DNA of 64,000 nt from Planctomycetota bacterium (GTDB lineage Bacteria; Planctomycetota; MHYJ01; WSZJ01): assembly GCA_038060895.1 (NCBI GenBank), contig JBBTCT010000001.1:160001-224000 (forward strand), written 5' to 3'. Made by a program: the position numbers and the translations under genes. The notes under the pieces were generated by a model. The model worked only from the letters and a program-made list of their open reading frames with translations. It ran no database searches and had not been told where the DNA came from. The number at the start of each line of letters is the position of its first letter. The first letter of the stretch is position 1. This document shows, piece after piece, positions 1-9,845 of the stretch.

Positions 1-5
1 AGGCG

Positions 6-2129
6 ATGACCGCGAACGCCGAGGGATACATCGAGGCGGAAGAACTGGCGCCGGGCGCCGCGATGACCGTCGTGACGTCGGATTCGGACCGGGTCGCGAT
101 CCTGAGGTGCCCCGGGGCGGGGACCGTCTACGTGAATGGCGTTGCCTTTGCCGCCGACCTGTATTCATCCGGGGTCGAGGGCGTGCCGGTTTTCCTCCGC
201 AAGGGCGAGAACCGCATCCTCTGCCGGGCCGGGCGCGGCGTGCTGGGGCTGTTTGCGTCGGATCCGCCCGCGCCGGTCTACATCGCGGACAAGGACGAAA
301 CGCTCCCCTGGCGCATGTTCGGCGTCAACCAGGGGACCTGGGGCGCGGCGCCGATCGTGAACGCGACCCACGAGTGGGTGCGCGGGGCGACCCTCGAATA
401 CGGCAAGGTCAGAGCGCCGCTCCCGCCTCTTCCTCCGCTCTCCGTTTACAAGGCGCCGTTCCTCGTGGGCCAAGGGGAAGAAGTCACGCTCCGCGTCGTC
501 TTCGGCAAGAGCACGCACTCGCGCACGTGGAAACTCTTCACCCCCGAAAAACCCGGCGGCTTCCAGCGGACCTTCCGCTCGAAAATCGACAGGTCTGTGC
601 AATCTTTCGGCGAATTGCGCCCGGCGAATTTCGACTCGAAGAGAGAAGTCGCCCTCGTCCTGTCGCTTCACGGCGCAGGAGTCGGTGCCGACGGGCAGTC
701 GCGCTCCTACGCGGCCCAGGACTGGTTCGCGCTGGTCGCTCCCACGAACCGAAGGCCGTTCGGCTTCAACTGGGAAGAGTGGGGGCGCCTGGACGGGCTC
801 GAAGTGCTGGAGCAGGGGAAAAAGGATTTCAAGGTCGACGAGTCGCGGATCTACCTGACCGGCCACTCGATGGGCGGCCACGGCGCCTGGCACTTCGCCG
901 TCACGCACCCGGACCGCTGGGCAGCCGTCGCGCCGTCCGCCGCATGGGTCAGCATCTGGACCTACCCCGCCGCGGGCCGCGACCCCGCGGCCGACTACGG
1001 CCGCCTCTTCCGCGCCTCCGCCGCGCCCTCCGACACGATGGCGCTTCTGCGAAACCTCGACGGCCTCCCCGTCTTCATCCTGCACGGCCTCGACGACGAC
1101 GTCGTCCCGCCGGCGCAGGCGGATCTGATGGTGGAAGCGCTGAAGCCGTTCCACAAAGACTGGCGCTATGTCCCGGTCGAAGGAAAGAAGCACTGGTGGA
1201 ACGCGCTGGAGACGCCCGAGGTGGACTGCGTCCAGCTCCCGGAGATGTTCGACTGGATGCAGGCGCGGCGGCGGCCGGACAGTCTCGCGCGCTGGGAGTT
1301 CCGGACGTTTTCGCCCGCCGTGTCCTCGAGCTGCCGGGGCGTCGAGATCCTCGCCCAGAAGCGGCCGTACGGCCTGTCTCGCGTAAAGGCGACCGAAGAC
1401 GACCTGGGGAAGCGCCTCTTCGAGACGGAGAACGTCGTTCATCTCCGTGTCAAGTCACCGCGCGAGTTCATGCTCGACGGTGAAGCGATGAAATCGGGCG
1501 AGTTCCATAAGGGCGCCGACGGGAAATGGACCACGGGTGCGCCCGCCGGCCTGCGCAAGACCCCGAAACTCCAGGGTCCCTTCACGCAGGCCTTCCACAC
1601 CCCGTTCCTTCTCGTCACGCCGACGGGCGGCACCGAGTCAGAAATCGCCGACGCGGTCGCGCGCGCCCGCTTCGACGCCCAGGTCTGGTGGTATCGCGGA
1701 AACGGGCGCGCGACGGTGGTGACGGACGCCGAGGTCTCGGCGAAGGACTGGAAGAGCCTCAACCTGATTCTGTACGGCAGCGCGGAGTCGAACGGCTGCT
1801 GGAAGAGAATCGCCGACCGCCTGCCTTTCCGCGCGTCGCCGGGCGAGATCACGATCGGCAACGACGTCCTGAAGGGCGACCTGGCTCTCACCGCGGTCTA
1901 CCCGAATCCGGAAGTGCCGGCGCATCTCGTGGCGGTGATCGGCGCGAGCGGGGCCGGCGGAAGGCGTGCCTGGCATGCGATGGGTTTCTGGCATCCCGAC
2001 ACGGGTTCGCCGGACGTGATGTGCTGGGGTGCGGACATCCATGAGAAGTGGCTGGATTCGATCCGGGCGGTGGGGCACTACGGGGCGGACTGGAAACCGG
2101 CAGAGGGGATGTGGGAAGTGAAGCGCTAG
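6..2129 (+). CDS. Alpha/beta-hydrolase (S9 prolyl-oligopeptidase/esterase-like) multidomain protein; may start before the window
   Basis: GHSMGG nucleophile elbow, LSLHGAG oxyanion segment, ILHGLDDDVVP acid motif and later His (KKHWW). The frame is open back to the window edge. Confidence 0.8.
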   Translation: MTANAEGYIEAEELAPGAAMTVVTSDSDRVAILRCPGAGTVYVNGVAFAADLYSSGVEGVPVFLRKGENRILCRAGRGVLGLFASDPPAPVYIADKDETLPWRMFGVNQGTWGAAPIVNATHEWVRGATLEYGKVRAPLPPLPPLSVYKAPFLVGQGEEVTLRVVFGKSTHSRTWKLFTPEKPGGFQRTFRSKIDRSVQSFGELRPANFDSKREVALVLSLHGAGVGADGQSRSYAAQDWFALVAPTNRRPFGFNWEEWGRLDGLEVLEQGKKDFKVDESRIYLTGHSMGGHGAWHFAVTHPDRWAAVAPSAAWVSIWTYPAAGRDPAADYGRLFRASAAPSDTMALLRNLDGLPVFILHGLDDDVVPPAQADLMVEALKPFHKDWRYVPVEGKKHWWNALETPEVDCVQLPEMFDWMQARRRPDSLARWEFRTFSPAVSSSCRGVEILAQKRPYGLSRVKATEDDLGKRLFETENVVHLRVKSPREFMLDGEAMKSGEFHKGADGKWTTGAPAGLRKTPKLQGPFTQAFHTPFLLVTPTGGTESEIADAVARARFDAQVWWYRGNGRATVVTDAEVSAKDWKSLNLILYGSAESNGCWKRIADRLPFRASPGEITIGNDVLKGDLALTAVYPNPEVPAHLVAVIGASGAGGRRAWHAMGFWHPDTGSPDVMCWGADIHEKWLDSIRAVGHYGADWKPAEGMWEVKR

Positions 2130-2190
2130 CGCCCCCCCACCTCAGTTTCTACCTTGACCTGCGCCGCCAACGGCGCGACAACCTCTATTC

Positions 2191-4344
2191 ATGCGTTCCC
2201 TCCCCTTGATCCTCGCGCTGAGCTTTTTCGCCGGTTGTGCCGGCGACTCCGGCTCACCGAAGGATCCATCCCGTGACCGCGAAGCGGCGCCGCCTCCCCG
2301 CCCGGAGCCCGCGCCGCCCCTGGCCGATCCCGGGCCCGGGGATCCGGAGCCCGGTCCCGCGCCTGCGCCGGAACCGGCGCCGGCCTCCGCGCCGCGCATC
2401 GTCGCACACACGATCACGCTCTCGCTCGACCCCGCGACGCACGCGATCGAGGCGAGCGACGTCATTGAGCTTGAGGGCGCGGGCACGCGTTCGCTCGACT
2501 TCGACCTGAACCCTGGATTCAAGATCACCTCGGCGGCGTTCGGGCGCCTGGCCGCCGAATCGAAATTCCACGACGGCTCCTTGCACGTCGAGTTTCCCGC
2601 GGCCTCCGGGGAACACTTCACCGTCACGATCGCCTACAAGGGCACTCTTCACGACCCGCCCCACCGCGACGAGGTCCGCTTCGTCGTCGGCGAGAAATGT
2701 AACGGCACCATCCAGGCCGAAGGCGCGTTCCTGCCGGGCTCGGCGGAGTGGTACCCGGACATCGCCGGCTCCATGGCGCGCTTCACCGTCACCGCAAGGG
2801 TCCCCGAGGACTGGGAAGTCATCGGCCAGGGCGCGCGCCACGACTACGACCCGAAGACGAGGCGCGCGACGTGGTGCGACCCGGTCCCGGCCGACCGGCT
2901 CGACGTCGTTGCGGGACCGTACGTTGCCGAAGAGCTGAAAGTCGGCCGCGTCACAGTGCGCTCGTACTTCTTCAAGGAAGACGCTTCGCAGGCGGAAACC
3001 TACCGCAAGGCCGCCGCGGACTGGATCGATCACTGGTCGAAACTTCTCGGTCCCTACCCTTACGACGACTTCTCCATCGTCGAAAACTTCTTCTCCACCG
3101 GCTACGGCATGCCGGCCTTCACTCTCCTCGGGCAGGACGTCATCCGCATGGGCCCCCGCTACCTCATGGAAGGCGGCCTCGGCCACGAAGTCCTCCATTG
3201 CTGGTGGGGAAACGGCGTTTTCATCGAGGGCGGCAACTGGTGCGAAGCCGCCACCACCTATTGCTCCAACTACCACTGGATCGAGTTCACGCAGGACGAA
3301 GCCGCCGCCCGCAGGTACCGCCGCCACCAGGCCGTCCGCTTCTCGATGCACGTCACCTTCGAAAACGATTACCCCGTCCGCGAATTCCGCGGCAAGGTCA
3401 ACGAGGTCGACAACGAAATCGGCTACGGCAAAGGCTCCATGCTCTTCCACCTCGCCCGCCGCCAGATCGGCGACCGTCCCTTCTGGCTCGCCCTCCGCCG
3501 CGTCTTCAAGGAGAAACTGGGCGCTCGCGCTTCCTGGGACGACTTCCGGAAGACGATGGAAGCGGAGTCCGGCGAGGACTTGTCGAAATTGTTCACGGCG
3601 TGGCTTGACGAGGAAGGCGCTCCGGAAATGACGCTGGCGAGGTCGGAGAAGGGCCTGAAGCTGCGCGTCGCCGGGCCGCTGCGCGACCTCAAGGTGCGCG
3701 TCCGGACGACGCTTCCGTCGGGACCGGTGGACGACGAAGTGCAGGTCAAGGACCGCGTCGCCGAATGGACGATCCCGGCGACGGCGACGCGCGTCGAGGT
3801 CGATCCCGATTTCGACGTTTTCCGCCGCCTGTCCGCGGCCGAGCTTCCCCTCTGCCTGAACCGCGTCGTCGTCGCGCCGAAGAAAGCCGTCATCATTCCC
3901 GACGGGGACGTGGCCCCGTATGTGGAGTTGCTCATGCGCCTGGAAGGCTGGGAGCAGATCAAGGGAGCGGAAGCGACGGCGGCGAACCTGTCCGGGAAAT
4001 CGGTGCTGGTCCTCGGCGGCCCCGACACGAATGCGCTGTCGAAAAGGTGGGCGGCCGATGGAAAGTTGAAATTCGCGAACATCGAAGTCCGCGCGGACGG
4101 CTGGACGGCGGACAACGAGGAAGTAAAGCTCGGGCAGGATCGCGGCGTGCTCGTTTCATTCGCGTCGCCGGACGATGCGGCGCAGCAGGCGGCGCTTTTC
4201 TTCCCCGCCAGCCGGGCCGCGACCAAGCCGTCGCGGCTTCTCCTCTACTACGCCTGGGACTCCTGGCTCGTCTGGCGGGACGGCAAGATCGCGGCGCGCG
4301 GCGACTTCCCCGTCGCCAACCCGCTCGCGATCGACCTGAAATAG
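2191..4344 (+). CDS. M1-family (gluzincin) aminopeptidase-like lipoprotein
   Basis: Lipobox FAGC, Pro-rich linker, GYGMP (GAMEN-equivalent), HEVLH plus NWCEA zinc motif, GYGKGSMLFH. Confidence 0.85.
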   Translation: MRSLPLILALSFFAGCAGDSGSPKDPSRDREAAPPPRPEPAPPLADPGPGDPEPGPAPAPEPAPASAPRIVAHTITLSLDPATHAIEASDVIELEGAGTRSLDFDLNPGFKITSAAFGRLAAESKFHDGSLHVEFPAASGEHFTVTIAYKGTLHDPPHRDEVRFVVGEKCNGTIQAEGAFLPGSAEWYPDIAGSMARFTVTARVPEDWEVIGQGARHDYDPKTRRATWCDPVPADRLDVVAGPYVAEELKVGRVTVRSYFFKEDASQAETYRKAAADWIDHWSKLLGPYPYDDFSIVENFFSTGYGMPAFTLLGQDVIRMGPRYLMEGGLGHEVLHCWWGNGVFIEGGNWCEAATTYCSNYHWIEFTQDEAAARRYRRHQAVRFSMHVTFENDYPVREFRGKVNEVDNEIGYGKGSMLFHLARRQIGDRPFWLALRRVFKEKLGARASWDDFRKTMEAESGEDLSKLFTAWLDEEGAPEMTLARSEKGLKLRVAGPLRDLKVRVRTTLPSGPVDDEVQVKDRVAEWTIPATATRVEVDPDFDVFRRLSAAELPLCLNRVVVAPKKAVIIPDGDVAPYVELLMRLEGWEQIKGAEATAANLSGKSVLVLGGPDTNALSKRWAADGKLKFANIEVRADGWTADNEEVKLGQDRGVLVSFASPDDAAQQAALFFPASRAATKPSRLLLYYAWDSWLVWRDGKIAARGDFPVANPLAIDLK

Positions 4345-4351
4345 GCGCCGC

Positions 4352-4771
4352 GTGCAAGCCACCTGCACCGAGGGAAAGCAGCGCGAGCTCGAGATCTCCG
4401 CAAGCGCCGAGGAATGGCTCGCATTCGCAGACCTGCTCGACACCGCATCCGGCGCGGTCAGGTTCGCAGGCCGGCCCGCAAAATCGCCGCGCGAGTTTCC
4501 GCTGCGCGCGATCCTGATCCGAAGCGAAGACCGCCCGAAACTCCTGATCAGCATCGATCCCGCCGCAATCGACGCTTCTATCGCAGGCCGGCCCGAGCAC
4601 CTGGAGCACTTCGCCCGCGTCGTCCGCCTGTTCGCGCAGAAGTCCCGGCGAGGCCAGGCAGACCCGATCGAGAACCGCGGCCCCGACCATTTCATTGATC
4701 CGGAGAGCGTCCTGACGCTGTTTCACCTGGGCGGGGAGGATGCGCCACGCATGGGGGATGTTGGCGGGTGA
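4352..4771 (+). CDS. Small hypothetical protein, resembles Imm32-type immunity proteins
   Basis: 139-aa ORF starting 7 nt after the upstream stop. The ELEIS...IAG..EHL...DHFIDPES pattern recalls Imm32-like proteins; family call is weak. Confidence 0.45.
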   Translation: MQATCTEGKQRELEISASAEEWLAFADLLDTASGAVRFAGRPAKSPREFPLRAILIRSEDRPKLLISIDPAAIDASIAGRPEHLEHFARVVRLFAQKSRRGQADPIENRGPDHFIDPESVLTLFHLGGEDAPRMGDVGG

Positions 4772-4772
4772 A

Positions 4773-4939
4773 GCAGGCGGGCAGGCGGGCAGGCGGGCAG
4801 GCGGGCAGGCGGGCAGGCGGGCAGGCCAAATGCAAACGACGCCCAATTGTCGGTTAGTCGTTCTTTTTCGCCCGCTCGCCCGCCCGCCCGCTCGCCCGCT
4901 CGCCCGCTCGCCCGCTCGCCCGCTCGCCCGCTCGCCCGC
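4773..4939. repeat. Two opposed 8-mer tandem arrays: (GCAGGCGG)x6+ and (TCGCCCGC)x9
   Basis: Read directly: 4773-4826 and 4868-4939 (one variant unit). The arrays are imperfectly complementary to each other. Confidence 0.9.
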
Positions 4940-4977
4940 GTCCTTGACTCTCACAGCCATTCGGCGACCCTCACTCT

Positions 4978-6522
4978 ATGACCTCGCGCATGTCGCCGGT
5001 CCTCCTCGGCATCCTTGCCGCCGCTTCGCTCATCGGCGGTTTCGTCATCCTGTCGCCTGAAACCCAACAGCGACGCCCCGCGGCCGCGATGCCCGTTCTT
5101 CCCTCGCAGTCGGCGATGGTGGACGACGTCCGCGCGCTGGCCGCTCCTGCCATGCGAGGCCGGTCGGAAGAAACGGGCGGCGCCGCGCTCGCCGCGGAGT
5201 TCGTCGAGCGCCGCTTCAAGTCCCTCGGGCTCCGCACCGAGCAGCAGTCGTTCGAAATTCCGCGCCGGAGACTGCTGGCGGAAACCCGGCTCCAGACCGG
5301 GCGCGAGACATTCGTCCCCGGAACGGATTTCGCCCCCCTGACCTGGAGCGGAAACGCCTTCGCTTCGGGCCCGCTCGTCGCCGGATTGGCCTCGCGCATC
5401 TGCGGCGACTCCCTGGCAGGCGGAATCGCGGTAGAACGCTTGCCGGCCGCTCCCGGGATGTTCCGGACGCTGGTCCCATCGCTCGCCGATCGCGCCCTGG
5501 CTTACCAGGACCTCGGCGCCGTCGGCGTCCTCTTCGTTGCCGACTCGCGCGATCCCTCGGCCGGAGGCGAAGCGGCGTGGGCGTCGCGTCTGGACGAGCG
5601 GACGGAGGCGCGGTTGAAGGGTGAGCCGGACGGGGTGCGCGGCTGGGCCCGGGACCGCGCGGCGGTCGGCGCGCAGTCCCGCGCCCCGCGGCCGTCGCGC
5701 CCGCTCAGGATTCCCGCGGCGCTCGTCTCTTACGACGCCGGGCGCCGCATCGACGAGTCGCTGAACGCGACGGCCGGCATCCGCGTCGCCATCGAGGACG
5801 AGCCGCTCGCCGGGGCCAACGTCATCAGCATGCTTCCCGGCGAGTTCCCGGGGCGCGCCGCGGTGATCCTCTGCGCGCACTACGACTCGCACGGTCTCCA
5901 GCCACCCTCCCCGGGCCACCCCGCCGGCCGCCTCTACCCCGGCGCCTGCGACAACGCTTCGGGAATCGCCGTCCTCCTCGCCGTTGCCGAAGCGCTGGCC
6001 CACGACTCGCGCTCGCTTCCACACCCCGTCATCTTTGCGGCGTTCGGCGGCGAAGAACTCGGCCTCCACGGCTCCCGCGCCTTCGCCGCGGCGCTTCCCC
6101 GCCTCCGTGGCGGCGCCCTCTGCGCCATCAACGTGGACATGGCGGCGCGCAACGCCGAGAACGAGATTTCGCTCGTCGGAAGCGCCTTCGCGCCGGACGT
6201 GGCCTCGATCGCAAGAAAATCGATGGAGGAGGCAGGGTTCGCGGTCCTGACAACGATGAAGGGCGGATTCGACATCGACTTCACGTTCCGAAACGGCTCG
6301 GACCACTGGCCGCTTCACCAGGCCGGCGTCCCCTCTGTCCTCTTCACGTGCTCGCGGTTTCCGGAGTGTGACACGCCCGGGGACACGCCGAACCTCTGCT
6401 CGCCGGCGAAGCTGCGAAAGGTCGCCGAAGCGGTGCTGGCCGCCGTCCTGGCGGCGTCGCGCCGGCAGGAAACTTTTGCGCGACCGGTGGATGCCGTGGT
6501 GAAGTTCCCGGGAGAGAAGTAG
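4978..6522 (+). CDS. M28-family metallopeptidase with PA-like insert and N-terminal membrane anchor
   Basis: AHYD, GACDNASG, FGGEELGLHGS, INVDM and SDHWP motifs. Confidence 0.85.
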   Translation: MTSRMSPVLLGILAAASLIGGFVILSPETQQRRPAAAMPVLPSQSAMVDDVRALAAPAMRGRSEETGGAALAAEFVERRFKSLGLRTEQQSFEIPRRRLLAETRLQTGRETFVPGTDFAPLTWSGNAFASGPLVAGLASRICGDSLAGGIAVERLPAAPGMFRTLVPSLADRALAYQDLGAVGVLFVADSRDPSAGGEAAWASRLDERTEARLKGEPDGVRGWARDRAAVGAQSRAPRPSRPLRIPAALVSYDAGRRIDESLNATAGIRVAIEDEPLAGANVISMLPGEFPGRAAVILCAHYDSHGLQPPSPGHPAGRLYPGACDNASGIAVLLAVAEALAHDSRSLPHPVIFAAFGGEELGLHGSRAFAAALPRLRGGALCAINVDMAARNAENEISLVGSAFAPDVASIARKSMEEAGFAVLTTMKGGFDIDFTFRNGSDHWPLHQAGVPSVLFTCSRFPECDTPGDTPNLCSPAKLRKVAEAVLAAVLAASRRQETFARPVDAVVKFPGEK

Positions 6523-6758
6523 CGGTCGGGGCAGGGCCCGGCTGGTTTGCGATTCTGCCCGGAGCCGGATTGATTTCGTTTTCACTCCTTGTCATTCACT
6601 TCGACCGCCAGTACAGGCTTTTCGCGAAGAACGACTCGGAGCCGTTCTGCAGCCCCATCCCAAACCCCATCCCTTTCCCGAGCCGGCCCTGCCCCGTCGT
6701 TCCCTATGCCCTGCCGTTCTCCCGCGTTAGACTCCCCTTTCACCCAAAGGAGCCCCGC

Positions 6759-7517
6759 GTGGACGCCCAACCCCCGCGGACCTCGCTCCCCCCCGAGCGC
6801 CTGAGGACGCTCGAGGAGGCGCTCGAGGTCCGGTTCGAGAATCCTGAATTGCTGCTGCGCGCGCTCGTCCATTCGTCGGCGAAGGACGCGACGCTTCCGT
6901 GCAACGAGCGCATGGAGTTTCTCGGCGACTCGGTCCTCGGGCTGCTCGTCAGCGAACACCTGTTTCATCTTTTCCCCGACTTCCCCGAAGGCGACCTGTC
7001 CTCGATCAAATCGGTCGTCGTCAGCGCGACGTCGCTCTCGGCGTGCGCGAAGACGCTGAACATCGCGGACTACGTGATCCTCGGGAAAGGGATTCTGCAG
7101 AGGAAGTCGATCCCGGATTCGGTTCTGGCCAATGCGCTGGAAGCCACCATCGCCGCGATCTACATGGACCAGGGGCTGGAAGCGGCGCGGAAGTTCGTGT
7201 TGCGGATTTTGAGGCCGCGGATCGAAGAGGTGCTCAAGGACCAGCACGCGAAGAACTGGAAGTCTCTGTTGCAGCAACACACGCAGAAGGAGCTGGCCTG
7301 CGTGCCGGCGTACCGGGTGGTGGGAGAGTCGGGGCCAGACCATGAGAAGGCGTTTGAGGTCTCGGTGGAAGTCGCAGGGAAGACCTATGGCCCCGGGGGG
7401 GGAAAGACGAAGAAGGACGCGGAGCAGGCGGCGGCGCGCGTGGCGTTTGAGGCAATTCAGGCAAGGGCAGCCGAGTCCGTGAAGCCCTCTAATCCGGTCG
7501 AGGGCAGCAAAGCCTGA
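6759..7517 (+). CDS. rnc: Ribonuclease III
   Basis: NERMEFLGDSVL signature and C-terminal dsRBD (GPDHEKAF, GKTKKDAEQAAA). GTG start after an AAAGGA SD. Confidence 0.96.
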   Translation: MDAQPPRTSLPPERLRTLEEALEVRFENPELLLRALVHSSAKDATLPCNERMEFLGDSVLGLLVSEHLFHLFPDFPEGDLSSIKSVVVSATSLSACAKTLNIADYVILGKGILQRKSIPDSVLANALEATIAAIYMDQGLEAARKFVLRILRPRIEEVLKDQHAKNWKSLLQQHTQKELACVPAYRVVGESGPDHEKAFEVSVEVAGKTYGPGGGKTKKDAEQAAARVAFEAIQARAAESVKPSNPVEGSKA

Positions 7518-7627
7518 CGAAAACCGGCAGCCGGCCGGCACCATAACTCATTTCCTGAGCTGCGCTTGCGACGCACAGCTCGATTTTTCAGGACTGACTA
7601 CGGAATCCGGCTAGAATTCTCCACTTC

Positions 7628-7752
7628 ACGCGCCGAATCCGCTTCCCACAGGAACCGGAACGGGGGACCCAAGTCGCAGGGGTGAACTCCTCCTCAGGGA
7701 GGACAGGGCTATCCGGAAGGCCCGAACCCGTCAGCTAACCCCGCAGGCGTCG
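7628..7752 (+). ncRNA. c-di-AMP (ydaO/yuaA) riboswitch
   Basis: Consensus blocks in order: CGCCGAATCC...GGAACGGGGGACCC...GGGGTGAA...AGGG...CCCGAACCCGTCAGCTAACCCCGCAGGCG. Lies upstream of a YdaO/KimA homolog. Confidence 0.92.
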
Positions 7753-7802
7753 ATCCGGGGCAACCCGCAACCGGCGGGGGCTCCACGTTCAGGAGCGCCT
7801 TC

Positions 7803-9815
7803 GTGGGTAATCCCGCCCCTTTCTTTGCCCGGACTCAGTCCAGCGCGCCCGAGCCGCCGAAGGGCGGCTGGTTTCGCCGTACCCTGCGATTCCTCGTCGG
7901 CCCGCCACGCAACCTGCGCGACCGGTCCCTCTTCACTCACCTTTCCCTCGTCGCATTTCTTGCGTGGGTCGGGCTCGGGGCCGACGGGCTGTCGTCCTCG
8001 GCCTACGGGCCCGAGGAAGCATTCCGGACGCTCGGACAGCACTCGTACCTCGCGCTGGCGCTGGCGCTCGTGATGGCGACGACTGTCCTCGTGATCGCGG
8101 CGGCCTACAGCCGCGTTATCGAGCAGTTCCCGCACGGCGGCGGCGGGTACGTCGTCGCGACGAAACTGCTCGGCGAGCGCGCGGGACTGGTTTCGGGCTC
8201 GGCGCTCCTCGTCGACTACGTTCTCACGATTACCGTCTCTATCGCGGCCTCCGGCGACGCGCTCTTCAGCCTCCTTCCTCACGCCGCGCTCGCGTGGAAG
8301 CTCCCTGCCGAAGGAGTGTTCCTGGGTGTACTCGTCCTCCTGAATCTTCGAGGGGTGAAGGAGTCGGTCCTCGTCCTCACGCCGATCTTTCTCGTTTTCG
8401 TCATCACGCACCTCGTTCTGATCGTTGGCGGCGTCTTTGCACACGCGTCGGACGCGCCGGCCCTGATGAGCTCTGCATCCACGAGCCTGACGGCGGACCT
8501 CGCCGCCATCGGCGCAGGCGGCATCCTGCTCCGATTTCTTCACGCGTACTCCCTGGGCGGAGGCACGTACACGGGAATCGAGGCCGTTTCGAACGGTCTT
8601 TCAATCATGAGAGAGCCGCGGGTGCAGACGGGAAAGCGGACGATGCTGTACATGGCGCTGTCGCTGGCATTCACGGCGTCGGGACTGCTCCTTTGCTACC
8701 TGCTCTGGAAGGTCACGCCCGTCGCCGGCAAAACGCTGAACTGGGTGCTCGCGGAAAAGTTCGCTGGCCAGGGCTCCGCCGGGCAGATTTTCGTCTGGGT
8801 CACCATCGCTTCGGAGGGCGCTCTCCTCATCGTCGCGGCCCAGGCCGGCTTCCTCGACGGCCCTCGCGTCCTCGCCAACATGGCCGTTGACTCCTGGGTC
8901 CCCCGCCGCTTCGCCGCCCTCTCCGACCGCCTCACCACCCAGAACGGCGTCGTCCTCATGGGCGCCGCATCCCTCGGGGCGCTCCTCTATACGCAAGGCG
9001 ACATCCGCGCCCTCGTCGTCATGTACAGCATCAACGTGTTCCTGACCTTCTCGATGACGACCCTGGCGATGTGCGTCTTCTGGTTCCGCGAACGGCGCAA
9101 GGATCCGAAATGGAAGCGGCGCGCGGCGATCCACGCGGTGGCGTTCAAGTTGTGCGCGACCATTCTTTGCGTGACCGTGTTCGAGAAATTCGGGGAGGGC
9201 GGCTGGCTCACGCTGGTCATCACGAGCGGCGTCATCTTCCTGTGCGTCCTGATCCGGCGGCATTACAACGCCGTGACCAGCCGCCTGGCGCTTCTGTACC
9301 GCGGTCTGCTCGACGCGCCCACCGCCCCCGAACGGGCTTCCGGCATGATCGACCCGGCGCAGCCCGTGGCCGCGATCCTCGTCGCAGGATTCGGCGGGCT
9401 CGGGCTCCACACCTTCCTCGGCGCCTTCCGCGATTTCCCGGGGCAGTTCAAGGGCGCCGTTTTCGTTTCCGCCGGCGTCATCGACTCCCAGCAGTTCAAG
9501 GGCGAAGGGACCATTGAATCCCTTCGTACGAACGTCCGGGAGACGCTGAAGAAGTACGTCGATTTCGCCCGGAACCAGGGGATCCCGGCCGAGTACCGCA
9601 TGGGGTTCGGGACCGACGCAGTTGAGGAGTGCGAAAAACTCTGCGCTGGCGTCTCCCGGGAGTTTCCGCGTTCCGCCTTCTTTGCCGGAAAGGTGCTCTT
9701 TGAGCGCGAACGCTGGTACCAGCGCGTCCTGCACAATGAGACGGCGTTTGCGATCCAGGGAAGGCTTCAGTGGGCGGGTAAGACGGTTGTCATCGTGCCA
9801 GCGCGCGTGACGTGA
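7803..9815 (+). CDS. kimA: APC-family potassium transporter (KimA/YdaO-like)
   Basis: GADGLSSSAYGPEE, FPHGGGGY, DYVLTITVS and TGIEAVSNG motifs, about 12 hydrophobic segments and a cytoplasmic C-terminal domain. AGGAG SD. Confidence 0.85.
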   Translation: MGNPAPFFARTQSSAPEPPKGGWFRRTLRFLVGPPRNLRDRSLFTHLSLVAFLAWVGLGADGLSSSAYGPEEAFRTLGQHSYLALALALVMATTVLVIAAAYSRVIEQFPHGGGGYVVATKLLGERAGLVSGSALLVDYVLTITVSIAASGDALFSLLPHAALAWKLPAEGVFLGVLVLLNLRGVKESVLVLTPIFLVFVITHLVLIVGGVFAHASDAPALMSSASTSLTADLAAIGAGGILLRFLHAYSLGGGTYTGIEAVSNGLSIMREPRVQTGKRTMLYMALSLAFTASGLLLCYLLWKVTPVAGKTLNWVLAEKFAGQGSAGQIFVWVTIASEGALLIVAAQAGFLDGPRVLANMAVDSWVPRRFAALSDRLTTQNGVVLMGAASLGALLYTQGDIRALVVMYSINVFLTFSMTTLAMCVFWFRERRKDPKWKRRAAIHAVAFKLCATILCVTVFEKFGEGGWLTLVITSGVIFLCVLIRRHYNAVTSRLALLYRGLLDAPTAPERASGMIDPAQPVAAILVAGFGGLGLHTFLGAFRDFPGQFKGAVFVSAGVIDSQQFKGEGTIESLRTNVRETLKKYVDFARNQGIPAEYRMGFGTDAVEECEKLCAGVSREFPRSAFFAGKVLFERERWYQRVLHNETAFAIQGRLQWAGKTVVIVPARVT

Positions 9816-9845
9816 GCCCGCCGCGCAAGCGGGCCTCGACGGACT

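Noticed and set aside
4773-4939. CRISPR array
   Set aside because: 8-nt tandem units without unique spacers, and no cas genes in the window.
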